Part shown: positions 19,247 to 27,861 of the stretch, one piece after another | Numbering within the stretch: position 1 is the first letter of the stretch | How the letters are laid out: each line of letters begins with the position of its first letter | Assembly: GCA_963784735.1 (NCBI GenBank) | Contig: CAWASK010000013.1 | Coordinates: 6,584 to 70,583 of the forward strand | Origin: an uncultured delta proteobacterium | Lineage (GTDB): Bacteria > Desulfobacterota > Syntrophia > Syntrophales > UBA4778 | Length of the DNA: 64,000 bases | Direction of reading: 5' to 3' | Made by a program: the position numbers and the translations under genes | The notes under the pieces: model-generated | Database searches by the model: none | What the model saw: the letters and a program-made list of their open reading frames with translations, nothing else | What the model was told of the DNA's origin: nothing

Positions 19247-19781
19247 ATGCTGTTCAAATCAAAAAACAACGGGTTCGAGGGCGGGGGCATCATCCTCTTC
19301 GACAATGTCGAAGACGCCCTCCGGGCCGAGAAGGCGCTCAAGAAAGAGAACTTCGAAACGAAGCTGGTGGCCCCGCCGCCGGCCCTCCGCAAGGGCTGCG
19401 ACCTGGCGCTCGAAATCAACCTGGTGGAGTTGGCGGGCATTGAACGGGCCCTGCGGGACAGGGGCGCACAGTTCATGGAAGTCCATCCCCTGAAAGGCGG
19501 CGGCGACCTCCTGGAAATAGTGAAGGTGACCGATTTCGGCAGATGCGGTCATGGTGAAGGCAGGCAATATGAAACTCACTTTCGACAAGGCTTCCGGCAG
19601 CGTCCTGAACATCTCCGGCGGCGGCTGCCCGGATATCCCCTACCTGCACGCAAAAATGGCGGACAGGCTGCTCACGGAGCTCCCCCGGCCCAGGGACGTC
19701 GGCCGCACCCTGTGCGCCCTCATGCTGGACCGGGCGTTCGTGGAATCGCTGGAGATCTGGAAAAAAGAAAATCTGAAGTGA
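19247..19781 (+). CDS. DUF3343-like (putative Se/S carrier) domain fused to an uncharacterised C-terminal domain; one apparent frameshift near 19535
   Basis: N-terminal GIILFDNVEDALRAEKALKKENFETKLVAPPPALRKGCDLALEI fits DUF3343. The C-terminal piece is AVMVKAGNMKLTFDKASGSVLNISGGGCPDIPYLHAKMA (19551..19781). Starts 3 nt after the yedE stop. Confidence 0.55.
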
Positions 19782-19792
19782 GGCAAGATTCC

Positions 19793-20652
19793 ATGCTCCT
19801 TATATGCGGAACAGTGCCGATGGATGACCTGCCCCTGACTGCGGGCGAGGTTTCATTCAACGGCGAGCACATAGTCGTAAATGACAGGAAAGTGCCGTGC
19901 ACCCAGGGCACCGCCGCCCTTATCAGCGCGGCATGCGCCACGGCGGCCGAGGCCGGCTCGCGCGCGCCGCACGCCCTGATTGTCGGGGACAACGGCAACG
20001 GCAGGGGGAGCCGGCAGATATACGAGTACGTCGCCGGGAACCTGCCCCGTCTGGACGTGGACCACCTTGTCCTGCATTACATGCTGCCAGTCATGGGCCT
20101 GATGAGGAAAATCTGTGCGGCCGCGGACAAATGCCGCCGCAGGCCCGTCCTGGTAGCGGACGCCGCGGCCATGTATGCCGCCAAGGCGGCCGGGCTCGCG
20201 CCCCAGTTCGATGTGTTCACCCCGGACTTGAGCGAACTGGCGTTCCTGGCCGACCCCGAGGCAAGCCATCCGGCTTACGTTGGCAAACACCTGTTCGGGT
20301 GCGAAATCTGCGAGCGCCCCGGAGCTGGTCCGCGCTGCCTATAAAAAGGGAAACTGCGCGAGGTCCCTGCTGGTGAAGGGGGCAACCGACTACATAGTGG
20401 ATGCAGGGCGAAATCATCGGGCAAGTGACCAGCCCCGATGTGCCCGGTCTGGAAGCCATCGGGGGGACGGGCGACACGATAACCGGAATACTCGCGGCGC
20501 TTCTGCACTCGGGGATGACGTTCAGGGATGCCGCTTTCACCGCGGCATGGGTCAACCGCATGGCAGGCAGCTGCATCAATGCAACTCCCGCCACCAGGAT
20601 CAGGCAGGTCGTGGAAGCCATCCCCAAGGTGTTGGGGGCCGTTATAAAATAG
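19793..20652 (+). CDS. NAD(P)HX-dehydratase-like (YjeF C-terminal / carbohydrate-kinase fold) protein; two apparent frameshifts
   Basis: Motifs occur in family order: PVLVADAAAMY, VFTPDLSELAFLA, SLLVKGATDYIVD, EAIGGTGDTITGILAALLHSGM and AAWVNRMAG. Reconstructed from three frames. Confidence 0.55.
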
Positions 20653-20756
20653 TGTCGTCATTCGGGATCAGCAGAGCGAATCAGGGACCCACGGACCAGA
20701 TCGTTCGCGGGTTTATGCTGGCAATCACTCAGGATTGACGGCGGGAGGGTGGAAAA

Positions 20757-20978
20757 ATGCTGGAACTGGACCTCAGGGGCTTTGGATGCCCCATACCAGT
20801 TGTAAAGACGAAAAAAGCCATGGACGAGAAGCCGGGGGAACCTATCAGCATCCTGCTGGAGAGTGCCGTGGCAAGGGAAAATGTGACACGCCTGGCGGAA
20901 AGCCGCAATTACAGGGTTGAATCCGAAAACGCGGATGCGGGCGAGTTTCATCTCTTGCTCACCCCTCCGGGAAAGTGA
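20757..20978 (+). CDS. TusA/SirA-like sulfur(selenium)transferase
   Basis: 73 aa starting MLELDLRGFGCPIPVVKTKKAM, the classic CPxP active-site motif of TusA/YedF. RBS GGGAGGGTGG lies upstream. Confidence 0.75.
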   Translation: MLELDLRGFGCPIPVVKTKKAMDEKPGEPISILLESAVARENVTRLAESRNYRVESENADAGEFHLLLTPPGK

Positions 20979-21012
20979 TACGCTAAACAATCTCAATCGC
21001 CAGGAGACGACA

Positions 21013-22065
21013 ATGGAAAAGAAGAACGTCATCCGCCTGACCGAGACAGTCCGCAGCGCCGGCTGAGCCTGCAAGATAGGTCCGGGGGACCTTGAAAAAG
21101 CTTTGAAAGACCTTCCGAAAATTGAAGACCCCAACGTGATCGCCGGTATCGAGCACTTCGAGGACGCGGGCGTATACCGCCTGCGCGACGACCTGGCGAT
21201 TATCCAGACTATAGACTTCTTCACCCCCATAGTGGACGACCCTTTCACCTTCGGGAGAGTAGCGGCCGCCAACGCCCTGTCGGATGTTTACGCCATGGGC
21301 GGGAAGCCCCTCACCGCGATGAACGTGATCTGTTTCCCCGTGAAAAAAATGGATATCTCCGTGCTGCACGACGTCCTGCTGGGGGGCATGGAAATTTTAA
21401 GGGAAGCCGAGGTCACGCTTATCGGCGGGCACAGCGTGGAGGACGACGAAATCAAGTACGGCCTTTCGGTTTCCGGTGTCATACATCCGGACAAGGTGAT
21501 TCATAACCGCGGGGCGAGGCCGGGCGACAAGCTCGTCCTCACAAAGGCCCTCGGGACCGGCATCGTCAGTACGGCACTCAAAGCCGGGGATGCCCCTCCG
21601 GAGCTGGTGGCGAGGTCGGTCGAATCCATGACAACGCTCAACAGAGTCGCTTCGGAGATAATGGCCGAGACCCCGGGCGTCCACGCCTGCACGGACATAA
21701 CCGGCTTTGGTTTCCTCGGTCACGCCTGCGAAATGATCGAGGGTTCCGAGACGGGGATGCTCATCAATATAACCGCGGTGCCGGTATTCAAGGGCGTCCA
21801 GGAACTGGTCCGGGAAGGCTATGTGCCGGGCGGCCTGTACCGCAACAAGGAATACAGGATGCACATGCTCGAGTTCGAAAGGTCGTGCCCCGACATGAGC
21901 GCCGACTTCCTTTTCGACCCCCAGACTTCCGGGGGGCTGCTGATAGCGATTGACCCCTCTGAAGCTGACGCCTTTCTCAAACGGCTGCACGCGAAGGGGG
22001 TAAAAGACGCCGCCATAGTCGGCGAGGTCGTGGCCGAGCCGCGGGGCAGAATCCTTGTGATCTGA
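21013..22065 (+). CDS. selD: selenide, water dikinase SelD with in-frame UGA (Sec) at codon 18
   Basis: ATG at 21013 after AGGAGA gives MEKKNVIRLTETVRSAG-TGA-ACKIGPGDLEKAL. This is continuous with ORF 21103..22065 (AIR-synthase fold, SDVYAMGG, GGHS). The TGA at 21064..21066 replaces the catalytic Cys of the SxGxGCK loop. Confidence 0.9.
21079..21091 (+). promoter_or_regulatory. short GC hairpin 12 nt downstream of the selD UGA (candidate SECIS core)
   Basis: GGTCC-GGG-GGACC read directly. The spacing from the UGA is compatible with a bacterial SECIS, but the stem is short. Confidence 0.3.
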
Positions 22066-22145
22066 ACTGTTTCAGCCCGGCCGCCTCCCTGCAGTCTGCC
22101 GGATAAAAGCCTGACACCGGCCTGAATTTGTCAGGAGGACAAGGC

Positions 22146-23240
22146 TCAAGACTTGGCGGGCGGGAGATCTTGACTTTCGCATCCCCACTGCGTGTCTTTC
22201 TGAAACACCAGAGTCCGGGTGGGGTAGGCGAATTCGATGCCTTCCTGCTCAAACCTGTCCAGAAGCGCCAGGTAGATTTCCTGCTGGATGTCCATGTGGA
22301 TAGTGAAGTCGGGGACAGTGACCCAATAGACCGTTTCGAAACCAAGCGAGGAGTCCCCGAAAGAGTTGAAATGGGACCTCTCAAACCTGGTGTTTTCCCG
22401 CTTCTCTATTATCTCCTTTATAATGCCGGGTATCGCCCTCACCTTCTCCGGCGGGGTCCGGTACACAACGCCGATAGAGAACACAACCCTGCGTTCCCGC
22501 TGGTCCCGGTAATTCCTGATCCGGCTCTCGAGGAGACTGGAATTGGGAAAGATCAGCTTTTCCCCCGAGATGCTCCTGACGCGCGTCGTCTTCATCCCGA
22601 TGTCTTCGATGGTCCCCGTGAAATTGTCGACGGCGATGACGTCCCCGATAACGAAAGGCTTGTCCAGGACAATTGAAAGCGAGGAGAAAAGGTCCTTGAG
22701 GATATTCTGGACCGCCAGGGCCACCGCTATTCCGCCCACGCCGAGTCCCGCGACCAGGGCGGTTATATTGATGCCGAAGTAGTCGAGCACTATGAGGACT
22801 ATGAGGGCCCATAACAGGACCCGGACAAAGAAGGCCATGGCGGCAACCATGGTCACGCTTATCGCGTCCTCTTTTAATTTCCTGGTCCTGTAATTCTCCA
22901 GCCAGAAGGTTATCGCAGCGTTCCCCCAGACCGCGGCCTGCACCAGGAATGTGATCAGGGCCGCCGCATTGAGGAGGAATTCTGTCTTTCGGGGGAAGGA
23001 CAGGTTCAGGGTACCGGCAAAGAGCGAAAGCACGACGAGGACGGAAAACCGAGTCTTCTGCAGAAGCTCGACGACGAGCGCATAAACGCCGCCTCCCCTG
23101 CCCTCCGCCATGGCTGATACATGCCTGGCTGCCAGCTTCTTGGCCAGTTCCAGGGCGCCCAAAACCGCGAGCGCGATGGCCAGGGCCACAAGAATACTAT
23201 GGTAAGTGTTCCCGTAAAATGAGCTGTCGAGAAAATCCAT
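22146..23240 (-). CDS. mechanosensitive ion channel family protein (MscS-like)
   Basis: 364 aa. N-terminal TM helices are followed by the conserved MscS beta-domain segment PFVIGDVIAVDNFTGTIEDIGMKTTRVRSISGEKLIFPNS. Confidence 0.85.
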   Translation of the reverse strand: MDFLDSSFYGNTYHSILVALAIALAVLGALELAKKLAARHVSAMAEGRGGGVYALVVELLQKTRFSVLVVLSLFAGTLNLSFPRKTEFLLNAAALITFLVQAAVWGNAAITFWLENYRTRKLKEDAISVTMVAAMAFFVRVLLWALIVLIVLDYFGINITALVAGLGVGGIAVALAVQNILKDLFSSLSIVLDKPFVIGDVIAVDNFTGTIEDIGMKTTRVRSISGEKLIFPNSSLLESRIRNYRDQRERRVVFSIGVVYRTPPEKVRAIPGIIKEIIEKRENTRFERSHFNSFGDSSLGFETVYWVTVPDFTIHMDIQQEIYLALLDRFEQEGIEFAYPTRTLVFQKDTQWGCESQDLPPAKS

Positions 23241-23463
23241 GTCTTTTTAATATTCTATGAGTTGAAATTTTACAAGAAAAACAGGGGGTGAACGTGGAGC
23301 AGCGCCTTTATAAGGCCTTGACCTCAATAGCACCCGCCCTTTGAGGGTGTCAAACAGTTTGGGGAACGGCTTTTTCTTGGAGGAGGGGGAGGTCCCTGCG
23401 GACCTCCCCTAGGGGGAAAACACGAAGGTGGATCATTTAAGGGAGAATGCAGCTCCCTTTATT

Positions 23464-23925
23464 TTACTGACCCGTTGAAGGGTCTTTTGTGCTCGATTTT
23501 CCTTTCCCCATGCCCTTGCCCCATTCGAGCCACAGGGCGGCAAGCTGTATATTCTGCTCGGGCGTGAGGAGCTTCTTCAACTCCAGACTGTAATTCGCTA
23601 TTTTATCTTTAATCTGTTCCCTCAGGGACCGGACTTCTTTTTGCTTTTCCTTTATCCTGTCCTTATCGGGCTCGTTCGCGTACCAGAGGGCCGTCAGTTC
23701 CCCTTTTATCTCGCTCAATGAGTTCCGCAAGGGAGCCACTGTCTGAATCACGGTGCCGCGAAGCGCCTGAATCTGTGAACTCTGGTCTGCAGAGAGCTTT
23801 AATTTGGAAAGAGTGTCGGGACTGAAGGGGCCCATCCACCCGCTCTTTTCTTTCTCACCGGCAAAAGCCGTACCAGCCATGAGAAATAAAATTGCGATGA
23901 TGAGAGCAAGACCCGATTTCTTCAT
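23464..23925 (-). CDS. periplasmic CpxP/Spy/ZraP-like (LTxxQ) stress/metal sensor protein
   Basis: Signal peptide MKKSGLALIIAILFLMAGTAFA. Two LxxxQ-type repeats (LSADQSSQIQAL, LTPEQNIQLAAL). Preceded by a sigma54 promoter. Confidence 0.7.
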   Translation of the reverse strand: MKKSGLALIIAILFLMAGTAFAGEKEKSGWMGPFSPDTLSKLKLSADQSSQIQALRGTVIQTVAPLRNSLSEIKGELTALWYANEPDKDRIKEKQKEVRSLREQIKDKIANYSLELKKLLTPEQNIQLAALWLEWGKGMGKGKSSTKDPSTGQ

Positions 23926-23971
23926 TCTTCCCGTTTATGCCTTTCCTATCATGGTTTTTGCATAACATACG

Positions 23972-23987
23972 TGCATGTCTTATGCCA
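23972..23987 (-). promoter_or_regulatory. sigma54 (-24/-12) promoter TGGCATAAGACATGCA
   Basis: On the minus strand the GG and GC dinucleotides are spaced exactly as in TGGCAC-N5-TTGCA. It lies about 47 nt upstream of the CpxP/Spy-like ATG, and a sigma54 activator is encoded nearby. Confidence 0.5.
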
Positions 23988-24146
23988 TTGAAGAAAATAA
24001 TTATATGTTCTTGTTATTATTAATTTTTTTATAAATACCAGGAACGCTTCCCGGGCTGTGGGGAGGAAAGATTTGTCGAGCTTGTGATGCCAATTGTCAA
24101 AAAGCTCCATGGTTTTAAATACTTCAAAGGTTTTCGGAAAATGTTT

Positions 24147-24172
24147 ATAGTTCGACAAAATTGTCGAACTAT
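24147..24172. promoter_or_regulatory. perfect 12-bp-arm palindrome ATAGTTCGACAA-AA-TTGTCGAACTAT, candidate enhancer/operator for the ZraR-like activator
   Basis: Read directly. Related TTGTCGA and TTGTCAA half-sites lie at 24073..24079 and 24094..24100. It is 160-185 bp upstream of the sigma54 promoter, with an AT-rich stretch in between. Confidence 0.4.
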
Positions 24173-24223
24173 GATATTCACCTTTTCGGTTCGTTGGGCC
24201 GGAAGCTTAAAGGAAAGGAATTA

Positions 24224-24664
24224 ATGAAAAAATCCCTGTTTGCAATCGTATTGCTTGCAGCATTTGCTTATTCCGACTGGTCCCTGGCGCAGTCTACGCG
24301 GGGGAGCGTAAAATTCGAGAATCCGGCCATTGGCGCCCGGGAGGGCACCCTGAACGACCTCAACCTGAACGAGGACCAGATGAACTCGATTCGCAAGGTA
24401 AAAAAAGCCTATGTGAACAGGATGGTCCAAAGGAAGACGGAACTGGCGGGCAAACAGATCGAATTCAAACAGCTCATAGGGGACCCGAACTCAAGCGAGG
24501 AATCGATCAGGGCCAAGGGCAGGGAAATCGAATCGGTGAATAATCAGATCATCCGCGACATGATCAACTACGAGGTTGAAATAAGGCGTATCCTGACACC
24601 TGAGCAGCTGCGCAGATGGTGCCAGGAGCAGACTGTTGACAAGCGGAATGTAAAGCACCAGTGA
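24224..24664 (+). CDS. periplasmic CpxP/Spy/ZraP-like (LTxxQ) protein, second divergent copy
   Basis: ATG after AGGAAAGGAA. Signal peptide MKKSLFAIVLLAAFAYS. LNEDQMNSIRKV and LTPEQLRRW motifs. Immediately upstream of the sensor kinase. Confidence 0.65.
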   Translation: MKKSLFAIVLLAAFAYSDWSLAQSTRGSVKFENPAIGAREGTLNDLNLNEDQMNSIRKVKKAYVNRMVQRKTELAGKQIEFKQLIGDPNSSEESIRAKGREIESVNNQIIRDMINYEVEIRRILTPEQLRRWCQEQTVDKRNVKHQ

Positions 24665-24698
24665 CGAGCCTGCCTGAATGCGGCCCTTCTGATTCAAG

Positions 24699-26483
24699 AT
24701 GGGGCAGTTAATGTTTCAAAAAGAAAATCTGGCGCGCGAGATCAGGAGCGGCCTTTCCAAGCCCTTTATGCAGCCGCTTGCCCTCACGCTGATCTGTGTC
24801 CTTTTCATTTCCCTGATCCTCGTCACGGGGCTGATGGATCTGGGAAGGCTCGACCGTACCCTGGTCAGCTCCATGGAAAACAGGGGCATCGAGATAATGG
24901 CGTTCGTCCAGAAAGAGGCGCAGGATAATTATTCAAGCTTCCTGCGGCTGTACACGATGGAACATGAGGGTACGCTCTCGCTGCCCGGGGTTGAACCTTT
25001 TCTCATCCAGGAGACCTTTATAAACAATTTCGTCGCGGCGGTCCGGAGGTTCGAAAAAGACCCTTCCCTTGAGAACAATCCCGCGGCCATGGAAGCGCTC
25101 CTCTCAAAAAACGGAATACCTTTTTTCGCCATCCTGGACGGATCGGGACGTGTTGTCTTCAAGAACAGGGACATCCCCCCAGATGTGATCTTCAGGGCGA
25201 ATCCCGTCATCGTCGGCGAGAGGGAAATCCTGATCGACCTTTTTAATCCGTCAAAAAAGAAGAACCAGGCCGGCTTCGTTGCCTTGAGAAGGTCTAATTC
25301 CGAAGGCACTGTAATCGTCGCGCTCGAGCAGGAGGGATTTGAATACTGGGGCAAGCGGGTCGCGGTCCAGACAGCCGTCAACAATGCCGCTATCGGGGAT
25401 ATAGCATTTATAAGCATCCTGAGTTCCGACGGGAAAATTTTCGGGAGCGCCGGAGAGTCCCCGCCCGTCGCCGTATCGGGGGTTCTTCCCGATTGGGGCA
25501 ATTCGCAGGCAAAGAGCCGGAAAATCACTTTCAGGGACCGCGATTACCAGGAGGTGCTGGTGCCGTTTTACCTCCTGGAAAACCTGGAGGGGATAGGGCA
25601 GATCGGCCTCGACAGGGACAAGACCGACCAGATTATCACGAAGAACCGTCTTCATGTCATTATCTCCATGGTCCTGATAGTGCTCACCGGGGTCATATCC
25701 ATCCTCTTCATCTACCAGAACCAGAGCCGTCACCTGGCGAGGCTCGAAGAGCTCCGCAAAAGGCTGCAGCAGACGGAGCGCCTGTCGTCCCTGGGGCAGC
25801 TTGCCGCGGGAGTCGCCCACGAGATACGGAACCCCCTCAACGCGATCAGCATGGCGACCCAGAGGCTGCAGCGTGAATTTTCCCCTGCCGAGGCGGACAG
25901 AACGGAAAAATTCCGGAAGATAACCGGGGTCATACGGGATGAAGTCAGGAGGCTCAACGGGATCATCGAGGAGTTCCTGGCATTTTCGAGGACACAGAGA
26001 TTCGAACTGAAGGACTACCCCATCGAAGAAATCCTGCGGAAGCTCATCAGCCTCATCGAGGAGGAGGCGAACTCCCGGGGCATCAAAATGCTGTCGAACC
26101 TCGACGGCAGTTCGGCAATCATCCCGATGGATGTGGACAAGCTTCAGCAGGCCCTGCTTAACATCCTGAAAAACGCCATGGAATCGATTCCCGGGGAAGG
26201 TGAAATTTCCGTTGTCCTGGAGAAAAGGACGAATGAAATAACCCTCAAAATAAGCGACACGGGCACAGGCTTGAGCCAGGACGAGATTGAGAAAATCTTC
26301 AATCCCGAATACACGACGAAAGAGAAGGGGCTGGGGCTGGGCTTGCCCATAGCGCATGAGATCATCAGGGGCCACAACGGAAATATCAAGGTGGAAAGCA
26401 GGATAGGGGCGGGCACCACCTTTACCATAACGCTGCCTTCGACAGCTCCCCCGTCCGGAAAGGTTTTTGAAGCTGCGAAATGA
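24699..26483 (+). CDS. sensor histidine kinase (ZraS/NtrB-like)
   Basis: 594 aa with two TM segments flanking a periplasmic domain. H-box LAAGVAHEIRNPLNAI, N-box LLNILKNAMESI and G-boxes DTGTGL and GLGLGLPIA. Confidence 0.85.
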   Translation: MGQLMFQKENLAREIRSGLSKPFMQPLALTLICVLFISLILVTGLMDLGRLDRTLVSSMENRGIEIMAFVQKEAQDNYSSFLRLYTMEHEGTLSLPGVEPFLIQETFINNFVAAVRRFEKDPSLENNPAAMEALLSKNGIPFFAILDGSGRVVFKNRDIPPDVIFRANPVIVGEREILIDLFNPSKKKNQAGFVALRRSNSEGTVIVALEQEGFEYWGKRVAVQTAVNNAAIGDIAFISILSSDGKIFGSAGESPPVAVSGVLPDWGNSQAKSRKITFRDRDYQEVLVPFYLLENLEGIGQIGLDRDKTDQIITKNRLHVIISMVLIVLTGVISILFIYQNQSRHLARLEELRKRLQQTERLSSLGQLAAGVAHEIRNPLNAISMATQRLQREFSPAEADRTEKFRKITGVIRDEVRRLNGIIEEFLAFSRTQRFELKDYPIEEILRKLISLIEEEANSRGIKMLSNLDGSSAIIPMDVDKLQQALLNILKNAMESIPGEGEISVVLEKRTNEITLKISDTGTGLSQDEIEKIFNPEYTTKEKGLGLGLPIAHEIIRGHNGNIKVESRIGAGTTFTITLPSTAPPSGKVFEAAK

Positions 26484-27835
26484 AACCGCTTAGCATCCTC
26501 ATAATTGAAGACGGCCAGTCGCAAAGGGAAATGCTGAAGGACTTCCTGGAGGGAGAAGGCCATAGCGCAGCTGTGGCGGGGTCGGGGGAAACCGGTTTGG
26601 AAATGGTCAGAAAGGACCATTTCGACCTGATCCTGCTCGACTACAAAATGCCCGGGATGAACGGTATAGAGGTGCTCGAAGCCGTCAAGGGGATCAACCC
26701 TGAAATAGACGTTATCATGATGACGGCTTTCGGCACTATCGAAACGGCCGTCGGTGCGATGAAGTCCGGGGCCGCGGATTACATCACCAAGCCCATAGAC
26801 CTGGAGGACCTGCTGATCCACCTGAGACGCATTTCAGAGCGGCGCACGCTCATCAGGGAAAACGAGGTCCTGCGCAGTCAGCTGAAGGAAAAAGGGATAA
26901 CGACAGACAGGATAATCTTTCGCAGCCGGGCCATGGAAGACCTTGTGAACATGGCGGGCCGCGTCGCCGCGAGCCGCTCGACCGTGCTGATCCAGGGGGA
27001 AAGCGGGACCGGGAAGGAGCTCCTGGCGAGGCTCGTCCATAACTTGAGCCCGCGCTCGGACAGGCCCATTATCGTCGTCAACTGCGGCGCCATTCATGAG
27101 AACCTGCTGGAGAGCGAACTGTTCGGCCATGAGAAAGGGGCGTTCACGGGCGCCGTGCGCCGGCGGATCGGCTACTTCGAAGAGGCCGACGGGGGGAGCC
27201 TCTTCCTGGACGAGATCGGTGAATTGACCCTTCCCCTCCAGGTGAAGCTCTTGAGGTTCCTGCAGGAGAGGGAGTTCCAGCGGCTCGGCGGGAATGAGGT
27301 CATCCGGACGGACGTGCGGATCATCAGCGCGACAAACCGCGACCTCGAGGCAAGGGTCCGGGAAGGCGCTTTCCGGGAAGACCTTTTTTACCGGCTTAAC
27401 GTGGTAACGATGTCGATCCCGCCCCTGCGGGAGAGGAAGGATGACATACCTCCCCTGGTGGATTATTTCCTGGCCAAGTTTTCGTCCGAAAACGGCGGCC
27501 TGAAATCGATCAGCCGCGAGGCAAGGGACATGCTGATGAAGTACGACTACCCCGGCAATGTGCGGGAGCTCGAAAATATCCTGGAAAGGGCGACCGTCAT
27601 ATCCCGCGACGGGATTATCTCGGTCGAGGACCTCCCATTTCGGGACACCCCCGCTGATGAGCGCAGATTCGAGGGCAAGATGAAAGATTCCATCGAGGCG
27701 CTCGAGCTGCAGATGATCAGGAAGGCCATGCAGGATTCCGGGAGCAACCAGTCCAAGGCGGCGGACATACTGGGAATCAGCGAACGCATGCTCCGTTACA
27801 AGCTGAAAAAATACGGCATTAAAAGCGACAGGTGA
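26480..27835 (+). CDS. sigma54-dependent response regulator (NtrC/ZraR family)
   Basis: Receiver domain (DLILLDYKMPGMNG), AAA+ domain with GESGTGKE, the GAFTGA loop and ELFGHEKGAFTGA, and a C-terminal Fis-type HTH. 4-nt overlap with the kinase gene. Confidence 0.9.
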   Translation: MKPLSILIIEDGQSQREMLKDFLEGEGHSAAVAGSGETGLEMVRKDHFDLILLDYKMPGMNGIEVLEAVKGINPEIDVIMMTAFGTIETAVGAMKSGAADYITKPIDLEDLLIHLRRISERRTLIRENEVLRSQLKEKGITTDRIIFRSRAMEDLVNMAGRVAASRSTVLIQGESGTGKELLARLVHNLSPRSDRPIIVVNCGAIHENLLESELFGHEKGAFTGAVRRRIGYFEEADGGSLFLDEIGELTLPLQVKLLRFLQEREFQRLGGNEVIRTDVRIISATNRDLEARVREGAFREDLFYRLNVVTMSIPPLRERKDDIPPLVDYFLAKFSSENGGLKSISREARDMLMKYDYPGNVRELENILERATVISRDGIISVEDLPFRDTPADERRFEGKMKDSIEALELQMIRKAMQDSGSNQSKAADILGISERMLRYKLKKYGIKSDR

Positions 27836-27861
27836 CGGCCTCTTCGGATTAATGATTTACT

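Noticed and set aside
24173-24223. I searched for a -24/-12 sigma54 promoter for the plus-strand CpxP/Spy-like gene.
   Set aside because: No GG-N10-GC element with correct spacing was found on the plus strand between 24000 and 24223. The nearest candidates (TGGGCCGGAAGC, TGGTTTTAAATAC) have wrong spacing or lack the GC.
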